A program made the position numbers and the translations under genes. Source: Akkermansia sp. (GTDB lineage: Bacteria > Verrucomicrobiota > Verrucomicrobiia > Verrucomicrobiales > Akkermansiaceae). From it: a stretch of 64,000 nt of DNA. The notes beneath the pieces were generated by a model. It did no database searches. It was not told the DNA's origin and saw only the letters and a list, made by a program, of their open reading frames with translations. Positions 1-10,091 of the stretch are shown in pieces (the first letter of the stretch is position 1; each line of letters opens with the position of its first letter). Location: NCBI GenBank assembly GCA_030535795.1, contig JAUNRE010000001.1, forward strand, positions 6,801 to 70,800, in the 5' to 3' direction.

Positions 1-793
1 TGAAGATGATACTGCCCGGCTCGGCATCGGGGGCACAGGAGATGGCTGCCTGCTGCAATTCAACGCGATTAGCGGCCTCCATGAATAACTCACTCCACAG
101 GTAGGAACTCTCGCCTACCGTCAAGCGTATGTCATCGCCATCCTGTTTCATGCTCCACTGCTGCGGCGCTTCAAATGTGGTATTCTTTCGTCCGAACAGC
201 AGGCGCCCCAGCAGAGCCACCAGCTTGAGCATGACGAAGCCGCTCAGAGCCCCCGCAATACTCCACAGCAAGCCATCCTGTACACCAAGGGATTGCGAAT
301 CAACCAGCCAAGGGGCAAAGAGCGCCGCTATCAGGCCGACAACCGCTGCGCTGCTGGTAAGCACCGGCAGCACAATCATCTGCTCCAGGTCAATACAGAG
401 AACTGCCAGCATCAGCGCCGCCCACACACACAGTGCCATCTGCGCGGGCAGGGGATCCGCCGCAAAGTACCAGGCGATGGCCGCAAACAGAAGCGCTGTT
501 AGCAGCTCTACAATGCAGTAGCGCGCGGATATCCTCTTGTTGCAGCACGCGCTGCGTCCTCTCAGCATCACCCAACTGAAGATGGGAATATTGAGAAACC
601 ACGGAATCTCGTGCTTGCAGTCGGGACAGAATGAACGACTTGGCTCATTGACGCTTAACCCTCTGGGTAGGCGGTAAATGACAACGTTCAGAAATGAACC
701 GATGCACGCTCCGAACATCGCGAAACACAGCGGCAGCAACCACGGTGTCTCCTCGCTCACGCTCAGCGTATAACTGTTCAGCTCCTCTAGCAT
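1..793 (-). CDS. pilD: Prepilin peptidase (A24 family), 3' end runs off the window
   Basis: Manual translation from ATG 793: MLEELNSYTLSVSEETPWLLPLCFAMFGACIGSFLNVVIYRLPRGLSVNEPSRSFCPDCKHEIPWFLNIPIFSWVMLRGRSACC; GSFLNVVIYRLP and S-x-CPxC motifs. Absent from the ORF track because no stop lies in the window. Confidence 0.93.
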   Translation of the reverse strand, partial: MLEELNSYTLSVSEETPWLLPLCFAMFGACIGSFLNVVIYRLPRGLSVNEPSRSFCPDCKHEIPWFLNIPIFSWVMLRGRSACCNKRISARYCIVELLTALLFAAIAWYFAADPLPAQMALCVWAALMLAVLCIDLEQMIVLPVLTSSAAVVGLIAALFAPWLVDSQSLGVQDGLLWSIAGALSGFVMLKLVALLGRLLFGRKNTTFEAPQQWSMKQDGDDIRLTVGESSYLWSELFMEAANRVELQQAAISCAPDAEPGSIIF

Positions 794-998
794 GCATCGC
801 ATTATATCACACCTCCTTCGCTATGAAAAGTCCCTTCTTCTGCCATTTTTTTATCGTGCTCCATTCCTACCATAGGAAAAGCGCTCCCTCTGAGAAAGCC
901 TCGGCATCATGAGGCGAACACCGCGCTCAAGATGTTTTTTAATTTTGAGTCATCAGCAATTAATATTCAGAAAAAGTTAAAAATTATGAAATTTAGTG

Positions 999-1026
999 TT
1001 GACAAGCTGAAAATGTCGTGTATACT
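999..1026 (+). promoter_or_regulatory. Sigma70-type promoter TTGACA-N16-TATACT
   Basis: Near-consensus boxes, 9 nt upstream of ATG 1036. Confidence 0.75.
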
Positions 1027-1035
1027 TGCCGCCGC

Positions 1036-1467
1036 ATGAGATCTACCATCACAATACTGATGACCGGCATAATGCTGGCGAGCACTGCGATGGCCGGTAA
1101 CGTAACGGCTCTTCGCCCCGCCATCAATGATGCGGCCGCGAAACATGGAGTGGACCCCGTGTTAATGGAGGCGATTATACGCCACGAATCCGCTAATGCG
1201 ACGTCCAGTGCAGCCCGCCGGAAGAATAATCTGGCCGGCATTATGGGGCGTCGTGGTCAGCGCAAGTATGAAACGAAAGAGGCTTGCGTTCAGGATTTGG
1301 CACAGCTGTTGGCTAAGTACCGCGCGAAGGGGAGAGTGACCGTACCCCAGATTGCCCGTGTGTACTGTGCCAGTACCGGCAGCTGGATTCGCCACGTCAA
1401 TGGCTACATGAGCCAGATTCGCAAGGGGAAATACGGAGCTCTGGAAAAGCAGGGGTCTGCTGAGTGA
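1036..1467 (+). CDS. Secreted lysozyme-like protein (SLT / GH73-like)
   Basis: Signal peptide; AAKHGVDPVLMEAIIRHES (catalytic Glu in ES) and KNNLAGIM motifs. Confidence 0.7.
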   Translation: MRSTITILMTGIMLASTAMAGNVTALRPAINDAAAKHGVDPVLMEAIIRHESANATSSAARRKNNLAGIMGRRGQRKYETKEACVQDLAQLLAKYRAKGRVTVPQIARVYCASTGSWIRHVNGYMSQIRKGKYGALEKQGSAE

Positions 1468-1513
1468 TACCCCCCGTTGACACTCCATCCCGTAAAGGAT
1501 AGCAAACATTTTC

Positions 1514-1554
1514 ACGCCATACAGCTCCTCAGTGGGTTGTATGGCGTTTTTTTT
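1514..1554 (+). terminator. Rho-independent terminator
   Basis: ACGCCATACAGCTC / GGGTTGTATGGCGT stem followed by a T run. Confidence 0.8.
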
Positions 1555-1587
1555 GAACAACTTTTGCCGGTTAGAGTCTGAACAGGT

Positions 1588-2046
1588 ATGCTGAAACGTT
1601 ATTCCGACCATATTCGCAGGGCTGCCATGGGCGCTGTGGGGCTATGGCTCTTGTACAACTTTGCGGTATGGGGCTGTTGCGGGCGGTACGCTGAGGTCGG
1701 TATTGGGCTGCGCCTGGCGGGTATGTTGCTGTGGGGGGTGGTGCCGGGGGTGGTGTTGCTGTTGCTGGCTGCACCTCCGGTAAAGGCGGACGGCAGCTTA
1801 AAGTGGCAGGCTCCGCTGTCTTTGGCGCGGCTGGTATCACTGTTGACGTGTTTGGTGGCGCTAGTGTGTGCCGGCGAGGCTCCGTTGGGAGCTGTGACCG
1901 GCTGTGCGTCTGATGCCGATATACTGATATGGGGTGCCGGTTTGCTATATGTGGTGTATCTGGCGCTTGGTAGTATTCTGCTGGGGCTGTTTACTCTGTT
2001 GGTGCAGTGGGTGGTGCAGCTGCTTTTCCTGCGGCAACGCGCATAA
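1588..2046 (+). CDS. Hypothetical membrane protein (about 4 TM)
   Basis: 152-aa ORF with four hydrophobic segments. Confidence 0.6.
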   Translation: MLKRYSDHIRRAAMGAVGLWLLYNFAVWGCCGRYAEVGIGLRLAGMLLWGVVPGVVLLLLAAPPVKADGSLKWQAPLSLARLVSLLTCLVALVCAGEAPLGAVTGCASDADILIWGAGLLYVVYLALGSILLGLFTLLVQWVVQLLFLRQRA

Positions 2047-2085
2047 AAAGCAGCTCGCCTTCACAGGGGAAGACGAGCTGTTATT
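2045..2085. terminator. Hairpin between convergent genes
   Basis: CAGCTCGCCTTC / GAAGACGAGCTG stem with an A run on the left. Confidence 0.6.
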
Positions 2086-2103
2086 GTCGCGAAAGAGCGG
2101 GGG

Positions 2104-3195
2104 TTATTTGAGCTTCAGCACATCAACGATAGCGGAGGTAATCTCCTTCATGTCATCGAGGCAAAGCTCGCCCATGTGAGCGATGCGGAATGTCTTGTCC
2201 TTCAGGCCGCCGTATCCGTTGCCCAGCTGCATGTTGCGCTCAGCCAGTGCCTTGTTGAGCTCGGGAATGGAGATAAGCTCGGAGCAGCCCTTGGGGTGAG
2301 CGTCGATAACGGTGAGCGTCTTGGAAAGGTACTTGCGGTTCGGGTAGACGTGGAAGTATTCGTCGGCCCAGGCGCGGGTGAATTCGGCGCACTGCTCGTG
2401 GCGGGCAAAGCGGTTCTCGATACCTTCCTCGTTCACAATCTTCTGCAGCTGCTTGTCGAGCGCATACATGAGAGAGAGGCAGGGAGTGGAGGTGTACTGG
2501 TAGTTCTTCTTGTCGATGAAGTCCCAGATGGTGCGCAGGTCGAAGTAGAGGCCGCGGTTGGCCACCTCGGCGGTGCGCTCGTAGGCTTTCTTGCTCATGG
2601 CGCAGATGGCGAGACCCGGAGGCAGAGCCAGTGCTTTCTGGGTGGAGGTAATCAGGATGTCGATACCCAGCTTGTCTGTCTCAATCTTGGAGCCGGCAGC
2701 GGAGGAGACGGCATCGACACACCAGACGACATCCGGGTATTTTTTCATGACCTCAGCAATTTCCTCCACGGGGTTCTGGATACCGGAGGACGTTTCGTTG
2801 TGGGTAACGGTGACGAGGTCATATTTGCCGGTGGAGAGCGCGGCATCCACCATCTCGGGGGTGGTGGGTTCGCCCATCTCGCTGGAGAACTTCTCGGCGG
2901 GGATGCCGTTGGCAATCGCCATCTTGTACCACTTGTCACCGAAAGCGCCCACGGAGAAAACTGCGGCTCGCTTGGCTGTGCAGGAGCGGATAGCACCTTC
3001 CATCAGGCCGGAGCCGGAGGATGTGGAAAGCAGGATGCGATTGTCTGTATAGAGGACTTTCTGCATGTTGTCTGAAATGCGCTTCTGGATTTCAGATGCC
3101 TTCTTGGAGCGGTGTCCAATCATCGGCAGACTCATTTCAGCAAGAATATCCTCCGATACAACGGTAGGACCCGGAATAAAGAGTTTGATAGCCAT
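2104..3195 (-). CDS. Class V PLP aminotransferase (serine-pyruvate / alanine-glyoxylate family)
   Basis: KLFIPGPT, HRS, HNETSSG, VDAVSS, STQKAL (PLP Lys), FRIAHMG. Confidence 0.9.
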   Translation of the reverse strand: MAIKLFIPGPTVVSEDILAEMSLPMIGHRSKKASEIQKRISDNMQKVLYTDNRILLSTSSGSGLMEGAIRSCTAKRAAVFSVGAFGDKWYKMAIANGIPAEKFSSEMGEPTTPEMVDAALSTGKYDLVTVTHNETSSGIQNPVEEIAEVMKKYPDVVWCVDAVSSAAGSKIETDKLGIDILITSTQKALALPPGLAICAMSKKAYERTAEVANRGLYFDLRTIWDFIDKKNYQYTSTPCLSLMYALDKQLQKIVNEEGIENRFARHEQCAEFTRAWADEYFHVYPNRKYLSKTLTVIDAHPKGCSELISIPELNKALAERNMQLGNGYGGLKDKTFRIAHMGELCLDDMKEITSAIVDVLKLK

Positions 3196-3323
3196 AAATG
3201 GTGTAAATATGTTGGTGAACACTCCACTTCTACCACAAAACGGGTAAAATTGCGAGAATAAAGTTAACTGTTGACAAAAATGAATGTTGCAAATTGCCTC
3301 GAATGGTGTATTATGGTGGAGAT

Positions 3324-4346
3324 ATGAAGCTTCTCAGCCGTTATGCCGTCCTTTTTCTTGCCGTCTGCTGCCTGTGCCCGGCCATAGGTGAAGCGCAGGC
3401 TGCAAAAGCCAGAGCTCCCCGCATTGTCAACCGAGTCGCCGCCACGGTGAACGGGCGTCCCATCACCTCGGCAGAGGTGCGATTCATGATGGGGCCGTAC
3501 CTGCGCGAACTCTCAATGCTTTATCCGCGTCAGGGTCCCCGTTTCAATGCCGAGCTGCTGAAGGTGAAGAAACAGGTGCTCAATGAATTGATTGACCGTG
3601 AGCTTGTGCTGGGTGAGTTCGAAGGCCGTGGCCTCATGTTCCCGGAAACGGCTATTAACGAGGAAATCAGCCGCCGTGTGCTGGTGCAGTACAACGGGCG
3701 CCGCGAGCTGATGCTCAAGGAGCTCCGCCAGCGTGGCATGACTCTCAGCGAGCTGCGCGATTCCGTGCGCAAGGAGCTTACCGTGTCCGCCATGCGCAGC
3801 TCTCGCTACGACCGCGGTATCCCGCCCACCCCGGATGAGATTCAGGCCGAGTACCGTGCTACGCGTGCCGACTATCGCGACGTAACGAAGGATTCCGTCT
3901 GCTACGACAAGATTTATATACCCGCTGTCGACCCCAAAGACCCGAATATCACTCCCGAGCAGCAGCTTATGCTGGCTGAGGCCGTGACCAAGAGCCTGCA
4001 AAAGGGTGAGATTTCCTTTGCCGATGCTGCCCGCCGGTATTCGCATGATATGCATGCCGAAGACGGCGGTAAGTGGCCGTATGTTCAGCGTAAGGATTTG
4101 GCCGTAGAGTTCGGCAATATCGTCTTCTCTCTGCCCAAGGGGAAGATTGTGGGGCCGCTGGTGGATCGCTCCGGCTTTACGATTGTGCGCGTGACCGGCA
4201 AGCGCCAGGCTCCTGCGCCCTCACTCAGTGCCCCCGGCATGAAGCAGCGTGTGGATGATTCCGTACGCCGCAAGAATAACGAGAAGCGCTACCGCGAGTG
4301 GGTGAAGCGTCTGCGCGACCGCGCCGTCATTCGCACCTACATTTAA
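3324..4346 (+). CDS. SurA-like periplasmic chaperone / parvulin PPIase
   Basis: Signal peptide, VAATVNGRPIT SurA N-domain, FADAARRYS..GG rotamase motif. Confidence 0.85.
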   Translation: MKLLSRYAVLFLAVCCLCPAIGEAQAAKARAPRIVNRVAATVNGRPITSAEVRFMMGPYLRELSMLYPRQGPRFNAELLKVKKQVLNELIDRELVLGEFEGRGLMFPETAINEEISRRVLVQYNGRRELMLKELRQRGMTLSELRDSVRKELTVSAMRSSRYDRGIPPTPDEIQAEYRATRADYRDVTKDSVCYDKIYIPAVDPKDPNITPEQQLMLAEAVTKSLQKGEISFADAARRYSHDMHAEDGGKWPYVQRKDLAVEFGNIVFSLPKGKIVGPLVDRSGFTIVRVTGKRQAPAPSLSAPGMKQRVDDSVRRKNNEKRYREWVKRLRDRAVIRTYI

Positions 4347-4374
4347 GGCGCTGAGCAGAGAAACGTCTATTGTT

Positions 4375-4409
4375 GAGCCCCTTGCCGGATATGAGCCGGC
4401 AAGGGGCTC
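4375..4409. terminator. Strong hairpin after surA-like gene
   Basis: Perfect 14-bp stem GAGCCCCTTGCCGG / CCGGCAAGGGGCTC; no clear U tail. Confidence 0.6.
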
Positions 4410-4539
4410 CATGTGTTCCCGGGGTGGGGCGGCTGTGGGTTTGACCGGCGGGGATATGTCATGTTTCGTTCGGGATGACGATTCGTGTTGCGATATTTTT
4501 CTTGAAAAAAAGGAGCGTTTGCGTTACCCTTTGTGCGCG

Positions 4540-5616
4540 ATGAACATTAAACTGTTTAAGGAACTTTGCGAGGCGACCGGAGCATCCGGTTTTGAGTACG
4601 GTATTCGTGATCTTATCATTAAAGAGATGACGCCGCTGGCTGATTCCATCACGGTGGATAATATCGGCAACGTGACCGCCCTGATTAAGGGAAAGAGCAG
4701 CGACAAGAAGATTATGTGCGCCGCTCACATGGATGAAATCGGCTTCATTGTGCGCCATATTGATGATAATGGCTTCATTCGTATTCTGCCGCTGGGCGGG
4801 TTTGACCCCAAGACTCTGACGGCTCAGCGTGTTATCGTGCATGGTACAAAGGATCTGCCGGGTTGCATGGGGGTGAAGCCCATCCATGTGATGAGCCCCG
4901 AGGAGCGCACTAAGATGCCTGCCGTGACGGATTATGTGGTGGACGTAGGTCTTCCCAAGGAAGAAGTGGAGAAGTATGTGTCGCTCGGCGATTCCATTAC
5001 CCGTGTGGGTGACCTTGTTGAAATGGGCGATTGCCTGAATGTGAAGAGCATCGACAACCGTGGCGGCTGCTACCTGCTTATCGAAGCCATCCGTTCCATC
5101 ATCGCAGCCGGTGAGAAACCCTGCTACGACCTCTATGCCGTCTTCTCCGTGCAGGAGGAGGTGGGGCTGCGCGGCGCTCAGGTGGCCACCCAGGCTATTC
5201 AGCCCGATTTCTCCTTCGCATTGGATGTCACCATCGCATTCGATACTCCCGGCTCCGGCAGCCACGACAAGTGTACCGTGCTGGGCAAGGGTACCGCCAT
5301 TAAGGTGTACGACGGTACGCTCATCACCGACAACCGCATGGTGAAGTTCATGCAGGCTCTCTGCGAGGAGAAAGAAATCCCCTACCAGCTGGAGCTGCTC
5401 GCCGCCGGCGGTACGGATGCCGGCGCCATGCAGAAGTTCTGCCCGGGTGGCTCTGTCGCCGGTGCCGTTTCCATCCCTGTGCGTAACGTACACCAGAGCA
5501 TCGAAATGGCACACAAGACTGATATTCAGGCCAGTGTTGACCTGCTTGCCGCCTGCTTCTCCTCCCTGACTCGCTGGGACTGGAGCTGGGAGCGCAAGGT
5601 GCGCACCCTGGCGTAA
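4540..5616 (+). CDS. M42 family metallo-aminopeptidase
   Basis: AHMDEIG, DNR, VQEEVGLRGA, LDV, GGTDA, terminal His. Confidence 0.92.
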   Translation: MNIKLFKELCEATGASGFEYGIRDLIIKEMTPLADSITVDNIGNVTALIKGKSSDKKIMCAAHMDEIGFIVRHIDDNGFIRILPLGGFDPKTLTAQRVIVHGTKDLPGCMGVKPIHVMSPEERTKMPAVTDYVVDVGLPKEEVEKYVSLGDSITRVGDLVEMGDCLNVKSIDNRGGCYLLIEAIRSIIAAGEKPCYDLYAVFSVQEEVGLRGAQVATQAIQPDFSFALDVTIAFDTPGSGSHDKCTVLGKGTAIKVYDGTLITDNRMVKFMQALCEEKEIPYQLELLAAGGTDAGAMQKFCPGGSVAGAVSIPVRNVHQSIEMAHKTDIQASVDLLAACFSSLTRWDWSWERKVRTLA

Positions 5617-5673
5617 AATATTAGCCATACTTTTTGGGAGGGGGCGGAGAACCGCCCCCCCGTTTATCCCCTT

Positions 5674-6051
5674 ATGAAAAAAATCGCCAACTTTCAGGGA
5701 ACAAAAGAATGGATGACCTCTGCCATATGCGGCAGTTTTCTGGTGCTTAATTACCTGGTGTGGTTATGGAGCGTATTTCCTGAATGGTGTTTCCCGCTGG
5801 TGGCTGATATGCTGAGTGGCGGTATCGCTGCTTTGGCGCTGATAGTGGCGGAGCTTTGCAGGAGCAACGCCTCACGAGCTTACCGACGTTCACTGCGGAT
5901 ATCGGCACTGTTGTTGCTGCCTTTGCTGGTGCTCAACATGCTGGTGCAGGGGGATGCCCTTGGGCTGATAGCTGCTCTTGTGTTTAGCGGCGGGTATGTG
6001 GTGGTGTCGTTTCTGACGGCTGCGTTTATTTATGCATTGTCACGCCGCTGA
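5674..6051 (+). CDS. Hypothetical membrane protein
   Basis: 125 aa with four hydrophobic segments. Confidence 0.55.
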   Translation: MKKIANFQGTKEWMTSAICGSFLVLNYLVWLWSVFPEWCFPLVADMLSGGIAALALIVAELCRSNASRAYRRSLRISALLLLPLLVLNMLVQGDALGLIAALVFSGGYVVVSFLTAAFIYALSRR

Positions 6052-6114
6052 GAGTGTGAGTAAGATGTACATTCCGGTTGACTTGCGGGCTCTTATGTGC
6101 TAGGATGCCGCGCG

Positions 6115-7407
6115 ATGAATGTGTACCGTGAAACTGATGAAGGATATGCCGCCGCTCTGGCTGCAATGAACAGACGTGCCATCCCCGGTGAGGAAGTGCG
6201 GACTGCCGTGGCCGATATCATCAGGGAGGTGCAGACGAGGGGCGATGCTGCGCTGTGCGATTTCTCCGCCCGTTTTGATAAGGTGCAGCTGACCCCTGCC
6301 GGACTGCGTGTGACGCCGGAGGAATTGGCTGCGGCTCAGGCAGTCGTGCCGCAGGATGTGAAAGATGCCATCGCTGCCAGCCTGGCCAATATCGAATATT
6401 TTTCGCAGCAGAGCATGCGCCGCGACTGGAGCGGGGTGAATGCCCAGGGCTGCGAGGTGGGGGAGCGTTTTGTGCCTTATGATCGCGTAGGTATTTATGT
6501 TCCCGGCGGTAAGGCTCCGCTGGTATCGACCTCGCTCATGACCGGCGGCTTTGCCAAGGCGGTGGGGGTGCCGGAGATTGTGGCCATGACCCCCTGTGGG
6601 CCGGACGGTAAGGTAAACCCTGCCGTGCTGGTGGCGCTACAGGCTGCCGGGGCAACGGAGATATACCGCGTGGGCGGTGCTCAGGGGATTGCGGCGTTGG
6701 CGTTGGGGACGGAGAGCATTGCTCCGGTGCAGAAGATTTTCGGGCCCGGCAATCGTTTTGTGGTGGAAGCCAAGCGCCAGCTTGTCGGTGCGGTGGCTAT
6801 TGATTTGCTACCGGGACCCAGCGAAGTGATGGTGCTGGCCGATGCAACGGCTAATCCGGCATTTGTGGCGGCTGACTTACTGGCTCAGGCTGAACATGGC
6901 GGCGATAGTGCCATAGCCTTCGTGACGACATCGGAGGAACTGCTCACGGCTGTGGAGCAGGAGATTGAGAAGCAGGCCGCGGTGCTTTCCCGCGCTGCCT
7001 ATCTGCAACAGGTGTTGCAGGAGAATACAACCTGCATCCTGGTGAGCGAACTGACCGCCGGGGCTGATATTGTGAACGCATACGCCCCCGAGCACTTGGT
7101 GTTGGTAGTGGCTCCCGAGGTGGAGGATGATATTCTGGCACGCATCCGCACGGCCGGCGCTATCTATGCCGGCACTTATTCCACCGTGGCCTGTGGAGAT
7201 TTCCTGGCCGGGCCGAGCCATACGCTGCCGACGGGGGGCTCCGGTAAGTCCTTTTCCGGTATCCGAGCCGACCAGTTCCAGCGCCGTACGAGCATTGTGC
7301 GCATGGGCCGCGAGGCCGCGCAGCGCTCACTGCCGTATGTGCAGGTATTTGCGCGTGTGGAAGGGCTGGATGCCCACGGGCGCTCGCTGGAGCTGCGTAC
7401 GCTCTGA
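6115..7407 (+). CDS. hisD: Histidinol dehydrogenase
   Basis: GIYVPGG, GGAQGIAAL, GPGN, GPSE, QAEH, APEHL, GPSHTLPT. Confidence 0.97.
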   Translation: MNVYRETDEGYAAALAAMNRRAIPGEEVRTAVADIIREVQTRGDAALCDFSARFDKVQLTPAGLRVTPEELAAAQAVVPQDVKDAIAASLANIEYFSQQSMRRDWSGVNAQGCEVGERFVPYDRVGIYVPGGKAPLVSTSLMTGGFAKAVGVPEIVAMTPCGPDGKVNPAVLVALQAAGATEIYRVGGAQGIAALALGTESIAPVQKIFGPGNRFVVEAKRQLVGAVAIDLLPGPSEVMVLADATANPAFVAADLLAQAEHGGDSAIAFVTTSEELLTAVEQEIEKQAAVLSRAAYLQQVLQENTTCILVSELTAGADIVNAYAPEHLVLVVAPEVEDDILARIRTAGAIYAGTYSTVACGDFLAGPSHTLPTGGSGKSFSGIRADQFQRRTSIVRMGREAAQRSLPYVQVFARVEGLDAHGRSLELRTL

Positions 7408-7415
7408 GCTGATGC

Positions 7416-8378
7416 TTAACGGGCGGTGAGGATATTCATGACGCGCGGCCAGCGGGCGGCCAGCAGCCTGTAGAGCCAGGTGAGCAGGGCTATGCCGACG
7501 GCGGCGTAGACAAAACCGCACCAGCGCGGCATGTCGTAGTGGTAAATGAGGGCAAAGAGCAGGGTGTGGGTTACATAGGTGAACATCATGCACCCGCCGG
7601 CGACTGCCATCGCGTGGTTGACTCTCGGGAACCACCGCGCCAGCCCCATCGCTGCCAAGCACATCAGCACCGCATAGCAGAACTGGGCAATCGGCAGTGA
7701 GCAGCGGTAGTAGCTCAGCCCTTGCCACTTCACAAATAAGGGGTAAAATTCGCGCTGAAGCAGCAGGAACGCAATGGCCGCCAGCACATACCACACATGG
7801 CGCTGCAACCACTGCTCGATGCTGCTGAGGCTGACGCAGCGCAGGCTGTACCCCAGCATGACTGCCAGCATCCAGTCAAAGCGCAGCGCTTCATGCTGCG
7901 CCGGTTCCTTCACATAGCTCATGCCCGCCAGTACTATCACGAGCAGCCAGTTGCAGCGCGGGAGAATCCGAACAGCCACCAGCCCGGCAATGATGAGCTG
8001 GTAGAGCGTCAGGTTTTTCAGGAACCAAAGCGGGGTGTTGTATGCCGCCGCTCCATAGCCCAGCACTCGTGCCCATGTCCACTCCAGCCCCGGCCATACC
8101 AGCAGGTACAGCCCGAAGGTGAGGAATGTCCATATCGCCCACGCAAGCCCCAGCCCTAGGGCTCGCTTGGCCGCCCTCGCGGCTTCGCGTGGCATGAAAT
8201 AGCCGGCCAGCAGAAAAAACAGGCAGATGCCGCCGCCCACCGGACGCGGTATCCAGAAGGGAGCCTCGCCGACATGGAGCCACATTATGAAAAACATGGC
8301 CAGACAGCGTGCACTGTCCACCCAGGCAACGCGTCGTCGCGTGCCAACGGAGGGCAGGGCGCTGGCGTTATTCGGCAT
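7416..8378 (-). CDS. Acyltransferase-3 family membrane protein
   Basis: RVAWVDSAR..H, FFLLAGYF, PLWFL, YVTH; multiple TM segments. Confidence 0.85.
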   Translation of the reverse strand: MPNNASALPSVGTRRRVAWVDSARCLAMFFIMWLHVGEAPFWIPRPVGGGICLFFLLAGYFMPREAARAAKRALGLGLAWAIWTFLTFGLYLLVWPGLEWTWARVLGYGAAAYNTPLWFLKNLTLYQLIIAGLVAVRILPRCNWLLVIVLAGMSYVKEPAQHEALRFDWMLAVMLGYSLRCVSLSSIEQWLQRHVWYVLAAIAFLLLQREFYPLFVKWQGLSYYRCSLPIAQFCYAVLMCLAAMGLARWFPRVNHAMAVAGGCMMFTYVTHTLLFALIYHYDMPRWCGFVYAAVGIALLTWLYRLLAARWPRVMNILTAR

Positions 8379-9442
8379 CAGGGCAGGTAGAGGGTGTGGC
8401 TCTGGGCGTTGAAGCGGCGTACCACGGCGCAGGTGAGGCGCACGCAGGCCTCCAGATCGCGGTCATCCAGTATGCCGTTGTGTGAGTGGATGTAGCGAGT
8501 GGGGACGCCGAACACGATGGCGGGCACTCCTGCCCAGTTGGGGTAACTGGCTGCGGCATCGGTGCCTCCGGTGCGGCGTACGGTGGGCTGGCAGGCAATG
8601 CCCTCCTGCGCGGCGATGTTCAGCACGAAATCAGCCAGTGCAGGCGGGGTGATGTTGGTGGGGTCGTACAGGCGCACCTGTACACCCTTGCCCAGTACGC
8701 CCTGGCGGCACACGCCGCTCTGGCCGAAGGTGTCATCGGCCGGCGGCCCCTCCAGAATGATGGCGAGGTCAGGAATCATGTCGGCGGTGAGGGCTCGGGC
8801 TCCGCGGGTGCCTACTTCTTCCTGCACGGTGCCGATGGCGCGCACAGTGCAGCCCAGTTCTTCCAGCGAGAGACGGCGCATGGCTTCAATCATGCAGTAT
8901 ACGCCGGCGCGGTTGTCGAAGGCTTTGCCCATCCAGCGGTGCGGTACTTCCAGCGGCTGCAGACGTACATCGGGCACGACTGCACAGCCGATGGTGATCC
9001 CCAGCTCCTCGACTTCGGCCTTGCAGGAGGCGCCGATGTCCACAAAAAGCGCATCGTTGGGCAGCACCTGGGAGCGCTGGCTTTCCGGCAGCAGGTGCGG
9101 CGGCTTGGTGCCAATCTGGCCGGGAATGCGGCGGCCGTCGCGCGTCTGCACCAGCATGCGCTGGCTGGGCAGGGTATGGTTCCACCACCCGCCAAGCGGC
9201 ACGAGCAGCAGGAAGCCATCGTCCGTAACGCCCTGTACCATGAAGCCTATTTCGTCCATGTGCGCTATGAGGGCGACAACCGGCCCCGGGCCTTTTTTCT
9301 CGCACATGATGTTGCCGGAGACAGCCCCGGTGACAGTACCGCAGTGGCGCAGCTCATGGCGAATGATAGCGCGCACCTCACCTTCAAAACCTGATACGGC
9401 GCAAGCATTGCTGCAGCGCTCCAGTAGCTCCCTGTTGAACAT
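8378..9442 (-). CDS. Second M42 family aminopeptidase
   Basis: AHMDEIG, KAFDNR, VQEEVG, GGTDA, RYIHSH. Confidence 0.92.
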   Translation of the reverse strand: MFNRELLERCSNACAVSGFEGEVRAIIRHELRHCGTVTGAVSGNIMCEKKGPGPVVALIAHMDEIGFMVQGVTDDGFLLLVPLGGWWNHTLPSQRMLVQTRDGRRIPGQIGTKPPHLLPESQRSQVLPNDALFVDIGASCKAEVEELGITIGCAVVPDVRLQPLEVPHRWMGKAFDNRAGVYCMIEAMRRLSLEELGCTVRAIGTVQEEVGTRGARALTADMIPDLAIILEGPPADDTFGQSGVCRQGVLGKGVQVRLYDPTNITPPALADFVLNIAAQEGIACQPTVRRTGGTDAAASYPNWAGVPAIVFGVPTRYIHSHNGILDDRDLEACVRLTCAVVRRFNAQSHTLYLP

Positions 9443-9545
9443 GCCTGTAGCATATCATCCGAAATGCCTTTTGGCAACAGATTTACATGCATCAACGTCA
9501 TTTTTTTCTTTTCTCAGGGCTATTTATGTGATAGATGTATTACAT

Positions 9546-10055
9546 ATGTTAGTGCGTTTCTCTGCCATAATTGCGGTATGCGTTGTCATGATGGGGATGT
9601 TGAGCAGTTGCAGCTCGGGTAAACGGGCGACTGCGCAGCCGACCCAGCAGGAGGTGGCTGCTCTCAAACTCGTCACCAGGTCGTACCGCGTCCGTGGTAA
9701 ACGCTATGTGCCGATGAGTGCTCTGCAAGCCCTGAAGCACAGGGAAGAAGGTGTGGCTTCGTATTATGAATGCGGCGGCGCACGCGGTGCACTGGGGGAG
9801 CGCCTGCGCAGCGGCGAGTATTATGCCGCACACAAAACGCTGCCTATGCCTTGCCGTGTCCGCATTACCAACCTGAGCAACGGCAAGACCTGTGAAGCTC
9901 GCATTGCGGACCGTGGCCCCTTTTCGCACAACCGTATCATCGATGTCAGCCGTGCCGTGGCGCGTAAGCTTGATTTCATGAGGAAGGGCGTGCAGAAAGT
10001 GCGGGTGGAGGTTGTTTCGGTGGGGGATGGTCCCGGGCGGCTGAAGGCTGAGTGA
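9546..10055 (+). CDS. rlpA: RlpA-like DPBB lytic transglycosylase lipoprotein (copy 1)
   Basis: Lipobox LSSC; AAHKTLPMP, DRGPF, RIIDVS. Confidence 0.88.
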   Translation: MLVRFSAIIAVCVVMMGMLSSCSSGKRATAQPTQQEVAALKLVTRSYRVRGKRYVPMSALQALKHREEGVASYYECGGARGALGERLRSGEYYAAHKTLPMPCRVRITNLSNGKTCEARIADRGPFSHNRIIDVSRAVARKLDFMRKGVQKVRVEVVSVGDGPGRLKAE

Positions 10056-10091
10056 TTGGGCACATGGTCATCTGTTAACGAACTGTTTGTT

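Noticed and set aside
129-521. Plus-strand ORFs at the window start
   Set aside because: They lie opposite pilD, which explains the region
8562-9545. Long N-terminal extension of the 497-aa ORF
   Set aside because: Overlaps the M42 gene on the other strand; the real start is ATG 9546 with a lipoprotein signal
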